DNA of 64,000 nucleotides from Oculina patagonica (Eukaryota): NCBI RefSeq assembly GCF_052425735.1, contig NC_135760.1, positions 8,866,001 to 8,930,000 of the forward strand, read 5' to 3'. Shown piece by piece: positions 51,221 to 62,890 of this stretch (position 1 is its first letter; each line of letters starts with the position of its first letter). The notes under the pieces were generated by a model. It saw only the letters and a program-made list of their open reading frames with translations, ran no database searches and was not told where the DNA came from. The position numbers and the translations under genes were made by a program.

Positions 51221-52117
51221 ATGAGTAACCGTGCGGTCTTCGGTCTCTTTCTGGCTGTTGGGATTATTTTTGGAGCTGTGCGTACCAGTAGCCATGCTAG
51301 GTAAGAGGATGTTTTTACATTTACTTAAGCTGGCTGTCGGGTAAAAGATCGTTTTTTTTGTGCAAACAGACTGAGCGTGAAAGTGATCTTGTTTTGAAAG
51401 TACCTTTGCCTAGTTGATACTACTACTACCACCACTACAACTACCACTGCCACTGCCACTGACACTGACACTGCTACTACTACTACTACTACTACTACTA
51501 CTTTTACTACTACTATTACTACTATTGTTGCTGCTACTGCTACTTCAACAGCTACTGCTACTGCTACTACATTAATCGAACTACTGCAAAATGTTCCCCA
51601 ACTAGCTAGGCTACCATTCTAACTGGCCAGTGTCCACATATGAATGCCGACTTTTTCTTTCCTTCTAGATGTAAAACTCGCCGCGAAGAGTTACAGGCTG
51701 AACGCTCGAGGTAAATAAAAGGAATTCGTTAGTCAGTCTCAACAACAAAAACTTTAAATAGGGAAACATAAGATTGCAAGGAAGCTGAGACTCTTGCCGC
51801 TCCCCCGCGAGCTTTGCAAGGGGGCTAGGGAAAGCGGTTTCTTGCCCTGCTCAATTGTGAGTAACTGTATAAATTCTCACAACAATTGGTCAATCGTACA
51901 ATTTCAGCTCTTTAATTCCTAAGACAAGAGTGATAATAGCTATATATTTTTTCAATACCAGTAAAAAGGACAGGAAATAAATTAGAAAATGACATTAAAT
52001 AACAATGTGACAATCAGCATATGGACATGATTGAAACTAGATCTCAAGCTGAAACTGATGAGAAGAAAGAAGCATCCGCGTGGTAAATGTTATATTAATT
52101 TCCGAAAAGGGTTATAT

Positions 52118-52149
<32 letters not shown>

Positions 52150-55100
52150 TGAGCAAATAGTCAACAAGGCGCAGTCGAGTTGACTATCGCTCATAGAAAA
52201 CGAGGACGAGTAGTCTAATTGTTTTAGTAGAAACTCTAAAGGATTGCAGTCCAAAACCTACAATATTGTGCACTTTGAAGACAAAAATCAAGAAAATTTA
52301 CCGCTTAGAGCGCGCGACTGTTTTCTATCGGCGACTAGAAAACAGTGGGAGAGCCAATCAGATTCGCGGATTTCCAATAGAACACAGCTGAGTTTCTACT
52401 AAAACATATTAACTAATGCTTCTATCGTTATCTCCCAAGAGTTTATTGTTATAAAGCGACGTGTGTCATTTTCATTGCTTTCGTGTCCTCTTTAGTGTTC
52501 AATTAAACTTATTTCCTTAATTTTCACTTGGCCCACCAGGTTGTTTTAAGTTTCACGAAAATACAGTGTCATTTGTGATGTATCAGGATGCATGGTTAAA
52601 AGTTTTGACAACTTTAGCAGCTGTAGTAACCAATTACCACTCGGCAAGCGTGGCCAAGTGGTTTAGGGCGCTGGTGTTGTAATCTGGAGGTCCCCGGTTC
52701 AAGACCTGCCCTTGTCAATAGCTGGATTTGTTTCTCGGTTGTCCGGAGTTTAAATCCTCGACCACGCTTTGTATATAGCCAACTGGTCTGCCTCCTGCCA
52801 GTTGGGATTTTTAACCTTGTTATGTTCATTTAAAAATCTTTGTTTCCTCTGTTTCAGTGGCATGCCTGTAAACTAGCTATCTCGTTGAGATATGAAGCTA
52901 AGTGCATGACCACTATAAACATATATTTATTTTTTTTTTTTTTTTTTTTATTATGTGTCTCATTCGGCCAGAACGCCTAGGATAAGAGGAGGCAGCGTGG
53001 CCGAGTGGTTAGAGCGCCGGACTTGAAATCTGGAGGTCCCGGGTTCAAGTCCCGTTCTGACCACTATCTGGATTTGTTCTCGGTCGTCCCGAGTTCAAAT
53101 CCTCGGTCATGCTTGTAAATAGCCAACTGGTCTGCCTCCTGCCAGTTGGGATTTTTAACCATGTTATGTTTATTTAATATATTATATTTGTTCAGTATTT
53201 GTTTCATATACACGGCCCCACAAGCTTCTAGCTTTAAAAACAAACCGTGTATAAATAAAGTTGCTTTTTGCTTTTTATAAGAGGTTGAGCGTTTAATGGT
53301 TTAAGTTGTCGCGTTCGCTGTCACGGTTGATTGATTGCGTTGCGAGGCAAAACTGACAAAGTGCCCTAGACTTCACATCCAATCAACGCTCCGGATTCGA
53401 GTCCTGGCCAGGGTAATGGGGTAGAACACTTAATGTTCACAGTGCCTCTCCCCACTTAGGATCCATGATTAAGTACCGGCGAATTAAATCCTGGGGGGAG
53501 CTCTGTTCTGGACTAACACCCTATCAAAAGGGGGTAGAAAGACTTCTAGTGTATTAATGGTAAGAAAACGATAGACAGACTGACATGGTTCAGAGCAGGT
53601 TCGAATGCAGACTAACTATCACTATCACTGCACTTTAGGGTAAACGAGGAATCGGAGAGAAAGCGTCTGGATCTTAAGGAAAAGGAAGCAAACAACCAGT
53701 TGACTGATGAAGTAAGTCTCTCTTTTCTTAGTAACCATTGTCTGTTTATTGATTGACTAAAGGACGGATGGATGGATATCTAGCCGAGATGAAATATTCA
53801 ACATATAACTGTACTACAGCAGCAGTAGCATGTCATCATCATTTATCCGTTCTCCAATTGGAGAATTGGGCCGTAAGCTCTCTGCCTAAAGGGTGTTCTG
53901 TCCTCCGCAGCCGATGCTGCTGCTGCCCATGTTCTTAAACCTTTCTTTTCCAGCAGTAGCATGTAATAGCTATTTAATCCTTCACGCTAAACATGTTACA
54001 ATTTTTTGACCAATAGTAATTGTTTCCTTCGTTTAATTTCTATAACGCAGTATCTTATTACAACGGTCAATGAAATCATCGCAAGGTAAGTAAAATGCTA
54101 TGCTATTTTATGCTATTATATTTAGCTTTCCTTAGTTAAGATTTAAATGTACCTTTTCTCAGTAAGCACGAAACAAAAAAAAACTATAATTAATTTGAAC
54201 GAGTAGTCTTCAGTACAAGGGAAAACATATTATATAAGAGGACATCCCCGGGACCAGGGGAAATAACCCCTGCTTTAATTTACTGTTTAACAATTCAGCC
54301 TCCTTCAGTTTAACCAACTATAAATAACATGATTTAAATTTGTTGCTATATTTATCGAATACTTAACTTTGGACTGTTAAAATTGCGTGACGTCTTTTGG
54401 CGACTACAGTTTTAACGCAAAAAAAAAAACAAATAACTGACTGATTCGCATTGCAAATGACGCCGCAAGTTTCTTTTTACCTCCAATGCAAGTTAAGAAC
54501 GTTTATCTGAAAAATGTTTTGTTCAACCGTGCTTAACACTCAGCCTTTCCATGCCTCTTTTTTGGTCGTTGATGTTTTTTTTGTCAGTTGATACAAACCT
54601 TTTTTAATTTATTTGACAGCGTCACTGACTTGAAAATGAAGTTTGAGATTTTCTGCAATGATTGCCCACGTGCACTGGACAACTGCCCAGACATTATAAG
54701 TCGAATGAATAAAAGGTAAGAGCTATTCCCGCAGTACGACAGATCGAGCTCCATTGCCAGATGCCTGTTGTTTTTTATCTTGACCCATCTTCTCTTGGTA
54801 AAGTGTGCTTAAGCAGGACGCAATTTTTGGAGCCCGTGTCTGGGCCCAGAGGCATGAATGCGAAACTTGTTGGTCAGCAAAATGTTGTTGATGGGTATTG
54901 GATTTAAATCTTGGTGTTTGCATTGTTTAGCGACCAGTTCTTGAGCAGTTCAAAGGAAGTTGAAAAACTTTCAACCTTCAGTGGTATAAGATCTCAACAA
55001 GTGTAGCTACACTTCTAACAAATTATTCAACAGAGCGCTGACTGAGAGTTAACCGCTAATGTAATACCTCAACTGGTAGAATGCTTAATTTAAAACTGAC

Positions 55101-56907
55101 TTTTAGCTGTGCAGGTCATTTTAGCCGTTAGCTCCTCACTCACTCGCTTACATTGCTTGCTTTCTTAATTACTAAATACCGTTCACCTTGATCAGTTTAT
55201 CTGTCAAATAGAGTGTTAAATAACCACAGTTCACTTATTCTGATAGAATTAACAGACTCCAGGAGAAACTCGAAGAGCACCAGAAAACAGATGGGGTAAG
55301 GAATTTATCTGGCTTAGTTGAGGTTAAGTTTTGAAGAGTATCTGCTCGCGGGAAATACTCTAAATATATGTAAATACATATTTGGATTCCAAGAAGCGAA
55401 AACCTTGGTCGTCCGGGCTCAGGATAGCTAAAAATCTAGGGCTCCATACAAGCACCACCGGCCCCTGCCCCGGCCCCGGCCCCTCCGCTCTCCTACTTCG
55501 CTTTGGATTGTCGATTATGTAATGAGTAGACATCTTCTGGAGAGAAAATCCCCACAAATGGTATTCTTCTTTTCACAAAGAAACTCTCGTAGCTTCATGG
55601 CCACGAGAGCTTCGTCGAGGTTTAAATTAAAGCTCAGAAATCCTTCTGTTCTGAACTAAGTAGAAAAACGTAAAGGAAATGTTAGGTTGTACTTCTACCA
55701 AAATACATTAGATAACCCTATTCGACGTGGTGCTCATTTAGAGCCCGAATGTGGAGCCCGAATGATTTTAATTTAACAATATTGCATTGAAAGGATTGCA
55801 ACTCTTATGAAATAACTAAAAAGTACAGGAGTACATGTGAATTCCAAGCCCTCTTCAGTTTTTTTAATGGCAAAGCTGATTTCAAGAAGCTGATAAACGG
55901 CGTATGAATTGACTTAACTTAGCGTCCGGGTTTTGGCAGTTCAAGGGATAGGAGGCCGCTTAACTTATTGCAGACAGGGCGCTTATTCGGGTCGTGGCAT
56001 TCGTTTTATTGCAGTCTTACCATGACATAATTGAATAGCCAGCGAGCAACCTCTCTTAGGGGCAGGCTTATCAGTCTGAGGTACGCAAGATACAAATCGA
56101 GAACTTGGTTAGCTCCGTTCTACAAAGTTTTTAAAAATTAGCTCTGAACTGACGAAATAAATCGTTCTCACCCAAAACAAAACAAAACTTAACTCGGTCA
56201 GGGCATATACATTTACAAACGAGGGAAATAACGGGGGGGGGGGGTATTAGAATACGCACGCATTTTGCAAAAAAAAATACCCTTGACAGGGCGGTGTTTA
56301 AAGACTGGAACTAGCTTGTAATGGAGGCTAAAGCGGGTAATCTTTTCAAATAAAAATGACATGAAATGAAGCTCTTTTTAATGATATTTCCCCGAATTAG
56401 CCTCCATTGCAAGCTAGTTACAGTTCAATTTCCGAGAATACGAATATGGTCTATTAAGGTGGAGAACTTAACACTTTAATATTGGATCGAGGGCGCTATA
56501 TTGATTCATTCCGGCGACTAGCGGGACGGCTGTACACAGGCAGTCCTGCGACAAATTGCGTGCAATTGGCGATCTAACCTCTTAAATTTGTAAAAACTTT
56601 AAAGTCCAATGATATACCTTGTAAAATTCATTAAATATTCATGCGAGTGCAAACCAATCCCAGTACCATATTCATATCACATGTACACAACTGTAAACCC
56701 CAATACAAATCAAACAATAGAATTAACTTTTGATACAAACTCCTGCTCAGCTAATTAGTATTCATTAACTTTTGATACAGATCTGTACTGATTCGCATCA
56801 CAATACTTTGCATTCAATTTATTGTTTTCATTTCACAAGTAGAATAAAATATTCGCGTCCGATCTGTATGGTCGTTTACAATGGCTCGCCTATCGGCTCG
56901 CCATTGT

Positions 56908-56950
<43 letters not shown>

Positions 56951-57820
56951 AAAGTTCCATTCATAACAACTAAAAAAAGATCTGTTTGCTCTGACAAACA
57001 AGTAATTTACCCAAAACATCATTTATGATAAGCGTTTAAACCGTATCTATCCAAATAACTATATGTAACGTAAAAACAAAACGTTTAAATATCCTTAATC
57101 ATTAACAAAGGAGCCCCTCCCAGGGGGGTTCCTAGCCTGCATACCTGGCGGGATGCGAGTGCATTGTTTATGGCGAACGGGAGAGACGGAACCGCTTCGC
57201 CGCTCACGCACGCGGGCTTAGCTTCGCCCGCGATTTTCCTCTCCCCGCGCTAATCCCGCCAGCTACGCAGACTATGGGGTTCCATGTTCACTTGTTCCCT
57301 AAAATTATTTTGTCCATGATTTTTTTGTGATCCATGTTGTTTCCTTAAATCTCAGAAACACAGCTTTTGATTCTGCGTTAATTCCTTCCTTTATTTTCCT
57401 TTTGTTACCTTGTTCCCAATTATTTAATGGCCATGTTCCTTTGTTCCCTGAATCCCCTGGGAGGGGCTCACTAAAGCCTGGTTTTCACTAGCGACGCAAG
57501 CACAAGCGCAAGCACAATTGTGATCACGCAAAAAGGACAAATTTTGATCCCTGTGCTTGTGGTTGCTGCAAGCACAAGCACAAGCATCCAAATGCAATGC
57601 GCTTGTGCTTTTGCTTGAGTCGAAGTCGTTTTCACGGAGAAATAAGAGCTGTTATCCTTGCGCTTGTGCTTGTGTCGCTAGTGAAAACCAGGCTTAAGAT
57701 ACAGAAATATTGACCAGTATATATTTCTTTCTTTTCTTGCACGTTCAGGGGTTGACGGTGGATGGCATCATCCCGATGCCGTTGTCGGCTCCTGGATCGT
57801 ACGACGGGGTCTTCGGTTGA
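51221..57820 (+). CDS. Uncharacterised secreted helical disulfide protein, paralogue C (148 aa)
   Basis: Exons 51221-51300, 51669-51710, 53639-53711, 54051-54085, 54620-54715, 55247-55295, 57749-57820. Translation: MSNRAVFGLFLAVGIIFGAVRTSSHA-RCKTRREELQAERSRVNEESERKRLDLKEKEANNQLTDEYLITTVNEIIASVTDLKMKFEIFCNDCPRALDNCPDIISRMNKRINRLQEKLEEHQKTDGGLTVDGIIPMPLSAPGSYDGVFG*. UTR exon from about 58515; AATAAA at about 58597. Confidence 0.86.
51418..51570. repeat. (CTA/CTG/CCA)n trinucleotide low-complexity tract
   Basis: Seen directly, in intron 1 of C. Confidence 0.9.
52641..52950 (+). mobile_element. tRNA-derived SINE
   Basis: A-box tggccaagtgg, B-box ggttcaagacc, body atagccaactggtctgcctcctgccagttgggatttttaacc, T-rich tail. 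Confidence 0.8.
52990..53276 (+). mobile_element. tRNA-derived SINE, apparently young, with target duplication ataagagg
   Basis: tggccgagtggttagagcg...gggttcaagtccc head; same body as the adjacent copy; ataagagg at 52982 and 53277. Confidence 0.85.
57111..57694. mobile_element. Nested cluster: GAG...CTC element (57111-57469) carrying a TAG-terminated element (about 57133-57274), with a Harbinger MITE (57475-57694) inside its target duplication
   Basis: gagcccctcccagggg ... cccctgggaggggctc; inner tagcctgc...gcagacta flanked by ggggttcc repeats; taa|agcctggttttcactagcgac ... gtcgctagtgaaaaccaggct|taa. All three are absent from the homologous intron of B (about 46945-46960). Confidence 0.75.
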
Positions 57821-58257
57821 TTTTTTAATGATTCTCAGTTTCCCTATCATCAGCAAAAGGTAATGTGCCTCGATTAATACTAGACAGTTTTACTTGCATA
57901 AACGTTAACTTCCTGAAAAAAGTACCCCAATTTCTGTCCTGAAAATCAGATTCCCAGCCAAAGAAAAGCCCCTCAAATATCAGTTGCAAAGTGCTTCCGA
58001 AACCAATATGAATAAGCGCCCCACTATACTATGCTGTAGTGTTTCTTTGGTGTTTTTCACCGTTACGCGGGTTAATTTGTTCAGATTTTTACATCCATGT
58101 TGGGATAAACGCTGCCCTGCTTCTCCCCCACCCCCGAAAATAAGTCCACGTTAGAGCGAAATTAAGCTTAAGGGTTTTTGTTTTGGAATTTTACAAACTA
58201 GGGTTATATATGATGCTCTCTTGAACTCAGTTCGTTTAGTAGAGTTGACGCTAATCT

Positions 58258-58357
58258 TAGCCTGCGAATACAGCTGCCTCTCATTCGCTCCCGCTAGTAC
58301 GTGCAAAACGCGAAGTAGTAGCGCAAGCGAATGAGAGGCGGCTGTATTCGCAGGCTA
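58258..58357. mobile_element. Hairpin MITE with TAG termini and 9-bp target duplication (AcademH-like)
   Basis: cgctaatct|tagcctgcgaatacagc ... gctgtattcgcaggcta|cgctaatct. Confidence 0.8.
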
Positions 58358-58791
58358 CGCTAATCTTAGTTAGATTGATCCTGCTAAGAACGATTGAAGG
58401 ATAGACTTAAGATTTAAGATAAAAAAAAGGAAACATATCTTGTATTATCCCTTAATAAAATAAGCAGTATCTACTTTAAAGTGGGTTGACTTCTTTTTTA
58501 TTTATTTTTTCTAGTTTACTACGCTACAACGATCTCACATATATTGCCAAGAAAAAGTAGTTACTTAGAAATTATATGTCCTTGTGCTTAAAACTGAATA
58601 AAGTAAGATTTAATCTTTACACGTGCAATGTAGTGTGATTTTAATATTAAGTGGTATTGAAATATTAAAACTTCTAATTGTTTTGCTCAAGTTTGGGACT
58701 CACAAAATGTCTGTTGGGTGACGTGGCAGACATCAACCATCAACGAGTATTAGCTTAGTGCTTGATGTAAAGTATTCGAAAACATCGTGTA

Positions 58792-59343
58792 CCTTATTAC
58801 ATAAAATTTTCGCGACACGTTAATTTCGCGAATTACGCGATTCCAAAAAAATCGCGAAATTAAAGTGACGTGAACAATAAGTGTCGCGAACATAACATGA
58901 CGCGAAAACTAAGTGACTCACATTATGTCAACAATCAAGCAACAATAAGTTTAGTACCACTTAAATCAGTGTGAATATGTTGTCGTCCGAATTGACTCAA
59001 GAACAAAAACTCATGCATGTACAAGCATGACCTACTTCTGCTACTTGTAGACATCGTGAGAATTGCTCTGTTGTTGCTTTGCCGAGATTTAGTCCCGCCC
59101 TTGCCGGCGTTTTTGTTAATTTTGACGTTATTGTTCCTTTGATAAAGTCGTTTTTTTAATTTAAGGGCATGTTAAATAATATCGCCAAGGAAACGTAAAT
59201 TGTGTCTTACTAAAAAACGCGAAATTAAAGTGATTCAAAATGCAAAATTTTCGCAAAATCGTGAATTCAAATTTAAGTGTCGCGAAATATGCGCACCTCA
59301 AAATCGCGAAATTAACGTGTCGCGAAAATTTCATGTAATAAGG
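58792..59343. mobile_element. MITE with TA target duplication, related to 2757-2903; empty site downstream of paralogue B
   Basis: ta|ccttattacataaaattttcgcgacacgttaatttcgcga ... tcgcgaaattaacgtgtcgcgaaaatttcatgtaataagg|ta. B reads cgtgaacataaaaaaagtctgcgttcgaacctag without the insert at 50401. Confidence 0.85.
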
Positions 59344-60575
59344 TACATAATAAAATATGCGTTCAAACCTAGTTGGCCCAATCAGGACGGAACTTATCCC
59401 GTTTTCTGCGGCATGAAGCGAGAATAGGAGTATTTCTACTCCATCGCAGGGTCAGTACCCCCCGGTACCCATTGATACACCTGGGTGGAGAGAGGCACTT
59501 TGTGAGTAAAGTCTCTAGCCCAACAACACAACGCAGTGCCTCGGCCAGGGATCGAATCCAAGACTGCTCAATCCGGAGTTCAGCGCACTAACATTAAGCC
59601 AGCGCGCTTTCCATGTAAATTGCTAAAAGCATTGGTAAATTACTTTTTAAAAACAATCACGTGATAACAAAGACATTCAGGTTCCAAGTTCATTTTATTA
59701 AAAGAATATATCAAGTTTGATTACTTGGCGGCTTATTGGCAGATAACCGGCAGTAATTCTAAAGTGACCTGTCGACGCAAAAATAGTACGAAACCAATTA
59801 AAACATACGGTATGATCTTGAAACAAAGGACCTGTCCTGATTTTTTATTCCTATCGATCGATAACAGATACTAAAGTGGCCACTAAGGTGGCCCGAACGA
59901 CGACGACGCTCTCGATTTCCCAAACATTTGCGATTTCTGGTCGAAGCAAGCGTACGTTGCCCTCTCATGTCATGCGCTGACTGCTAAAATGAATTAAGCG
60001 GATAATCACAACTAAACGGCAAATTACTCAAAGTGCAACTAAGGTGGCCTGAACCTATTTATTTACGTGATAGTGAGTCGCGCTTTTTGGCAGGAAAAAT
60101 TTTACCGATATCTTCAAAATTTTACATCCTAAATGAAAAATGTTCGAAATTGAAGAAAGTGCAATTTGCTTTCCAGTGAGAGCAAAATATTTTCAAAACC
60201 TTGTTTGACCATAATTTAAAAAAAACCTGACGACAGATTACTCTCGCCGGAACTTTAGAAAATATAGCTCAGAGCTTTCATGTTTTGTGTCTGGAAGTTT
60301 CATGACAATCCTGACCATGCAACTCGCTGCACAAAATGCTGGTCAAATTTCCTTTAAAAAATGCTACGCTGATGCATTCGTGACAGTTGGCGCACTTATA
60401 ATGGGACCGGGCAGCCAGATTATCGGTCATCTGAAAGGATTATGATCCCCAAAACCTTATCAAAAAGAAAGTGAGTATTCAGAAACCTACACTGCCTACA
60501 GCAAACACAAGCAGCACAACAAGAAGCACAATATTATGACGCATACAAGGTCAAATTAAATAGTTATATTCATAT

Positions 60576-61250
60576 GGCCTATCACGTATTCGTTCATTTA
60601 ATTTTCGAAAAAATCTAAGCATGGGATAAAAGAACACATACGAAAAACCCTTACCAGTTTTCATCACAGTGGGTTCCCATTCTGAGAGAAAATTTCAAAG
60701 CCGCCAAGTTGAGTACTTCCAACCATCTGCTTTTCGACTGCACTGAGAACCCTTGTGCTCGCGATCGATAATATATTCAAGATAGCTCTCTTTGTTTTCG
60801 CGTTCCTTACGGGCCGTTCTACACTTGGAGTAACGATGTCTTGCGTCTGAAAATACATTTTTGCTACTAAATGATAAGTTGCTCTTTGATTTGGCCTTTC
60901 CTGTCCTTTAATACCCTTTAAATCGAAGTTAACGTCTCTGGCAGGGCATTGAAAAACGATGAAACAATAAAATAAATTTTCATATTTGAGCACTCGCTAT
61001 GCCCAAGTGGCACATGCCCAAGTGCAAACTGCCCGTGAGGAATGCGAAAAAAAAGTCAGCTATCTTGAATATATTATCTAGCACAAGGAGTTTCATTGCA
61101 GTCGAAAAGCAACTGGTTGGAAGTACTCAACTTGGCGACTTAATTTCTCATCAGAATGGGAACCTACCGTGATGAAAACTGGTAGGAGTCTTTCGTTGAT
61201 GTTCTCTAAGATTTTTTTCTGAAAATAAATGAACGAACACGTGATAGGTC
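60576..61250. repeat. Foldback element with diverged inverted arms of about 200 bp
   Basis: ccagttttcatcac...caagttgagtacttccaacc...taatatattcaagatagct versus agctatcttgaatatatta...ggttggaagtactcaacttg...gtgatgaaaactgg. Confidence 0.8.
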
Positions 61251-61633
61251 AGCGATTTGACAAATGTTTATCGAATAGTTCGACGAGCTTCGAGTGAAGT
61301 GCGGTCAATTATTGTTTTCAGCGTTTTTATTACATAAAATACACGTGTTTAAAATCTTCGCAAAGCGGTAACTCAATGAAATCGCTTTAAATGACCTGAG
61401 GAGCTTGCAAACAACAAAGACTCAACACACAGGGACGGCGGAGCAGGGAGGGCTGGGAGGGCTTTATTTCCTTCCCCCCCCCCCCCCGGCCCCCTTTCCA
61501 CTTTTTCCGAAAATAAGAGAAGAGTCTCTTAAGCCCCCCCCCCCCTCCCCACCCACTTCAAGTCACTAGTCAGCCCCCCACCTGGAAAAATGTTCCGCCG
61601 TCCCTGACACAGCAACAGTGAAAGTCACTTTTG

Positions 61634-62040
61634 TTATCCGTGAACGCGATGATCATCCGTGAATGCGATGTTCCATGTGTATTTATGATTTGGATTTTTT
61701 TCGAGGTGGCGGGCTGGCTCTGAGTTATGGGTCTTATTCTCGTGCTCTGCTTTCCGCACTGTGAAATTACGTTTTGTTTCGCCGATGTAAGTTTCGCCAC
61801 AATTGCACACGGCACGATAGATAACATTTGATTTGTGGCCGTTTTTGTCTTTGAGGTTAAATAAACGTTTGATCTTTCGGGTTTGCCAGAGAATAATAAA
61901 CATGAAGCGCCAATCCGTGAAAATGTTCAGTTTGTTTATGAACCGTTTACTGAGCTTCTCGTTGTCGTAAAGGAGGAAAGATTAATACCAGAATACATGT
62001 TTGAGGAGAGAAAGAAAATATTTATCAAGTTACCCTACTT
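61634..62040 (-). mobile_element. Penelope-like retroelement fragment (GIY-YIG endonuclease)
   Basis: Minus-strand frame DNEKLSKRFINKLNIFTDWRFMFIILWQTRKIKRLFNLKDK...SNVIYRAVCNCGETYIGETKRNFTVRKAEH...SEPARHL. This is the VIY..C.C...YIG.T.R....R..EH signature of Penelope-type GIY-YIG domains. Confidence 0.85.
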
Positions 62041-62890
62041 TTATCTCTTTTTAGCCTTTTTAAAATTAAAAACAAAATTGTCTCATTCCCATACAAACCC
62101 TTATAAATAGAGTCTCATAAAGCATTGTGGCTTTTATCATTAGCTTGGGCTGAGAAGAAGTATTCCATCTTATTGCAATAAAAAAACAGGGCTCTCTTTC
62201 TCGAACTTTTCAGTTGGCCGAAATTGAATACAGTGGAACCTCGATATAACGAAGGACCGCGCTGGCAAAATAAAATATGGTCATTATAACGAGGTTTCGT
62301 TTATATATTACTTTTACTAGGGCGAAGAGTATTGTTCGTTAAACCAAGGTCTGCATTATTTAGGGGCTCCTTTAAAGAAGCTATGTTGCGAAGATTTCGC
62401 AGATTTTTTTTGTCTAAACTGTTTTGAAATTAGTAGTAGGCAACTTAACCCATAAAAACAACTTTGAACGTTTAAAGGAAGATAAAACGTTAATTTGCGA
62501 ATAGAAATCAAGCTAAGGCTATAAATATCGATTTTTTGAAGACGCGCAGAAACAAATTGAAAAAGTAAGCCTTACTTTTTCAAGTTGCAATCCGCTTCCA
62601 TCCAAGCCATCTGCAGTCATCTTCAGCCACAGTTCGTTAACAGTTTCAGTGCTCTAATATAGCAATTTTAAATAAAAATGGACTATTATTTTTTATAAAT
62701 TTTGGCTGTTCAAAAATCTGGTTAAATCCGTGACAAAGTCCCTTTAATCAAGGTAACTGCATTCACCTGTTTACAAATATTCTTCGCTCATTACTGCTGT
62801 CAGATTTTACTGTAAATGAATTGACAATAGACTCATTATGCAGGTGTTAAAACGGCGAACGGCAACCGTGTGAAGTTAAATAAGTAGATT

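Noticed and set aside
52990-53066. tRNA-like cloverleaf with A and B boxes
   Set aside because: It continues into a SINE body shared with the adjacent copy and has a tail and target duplication, so it is a SINE head rather than a tRNA gene.
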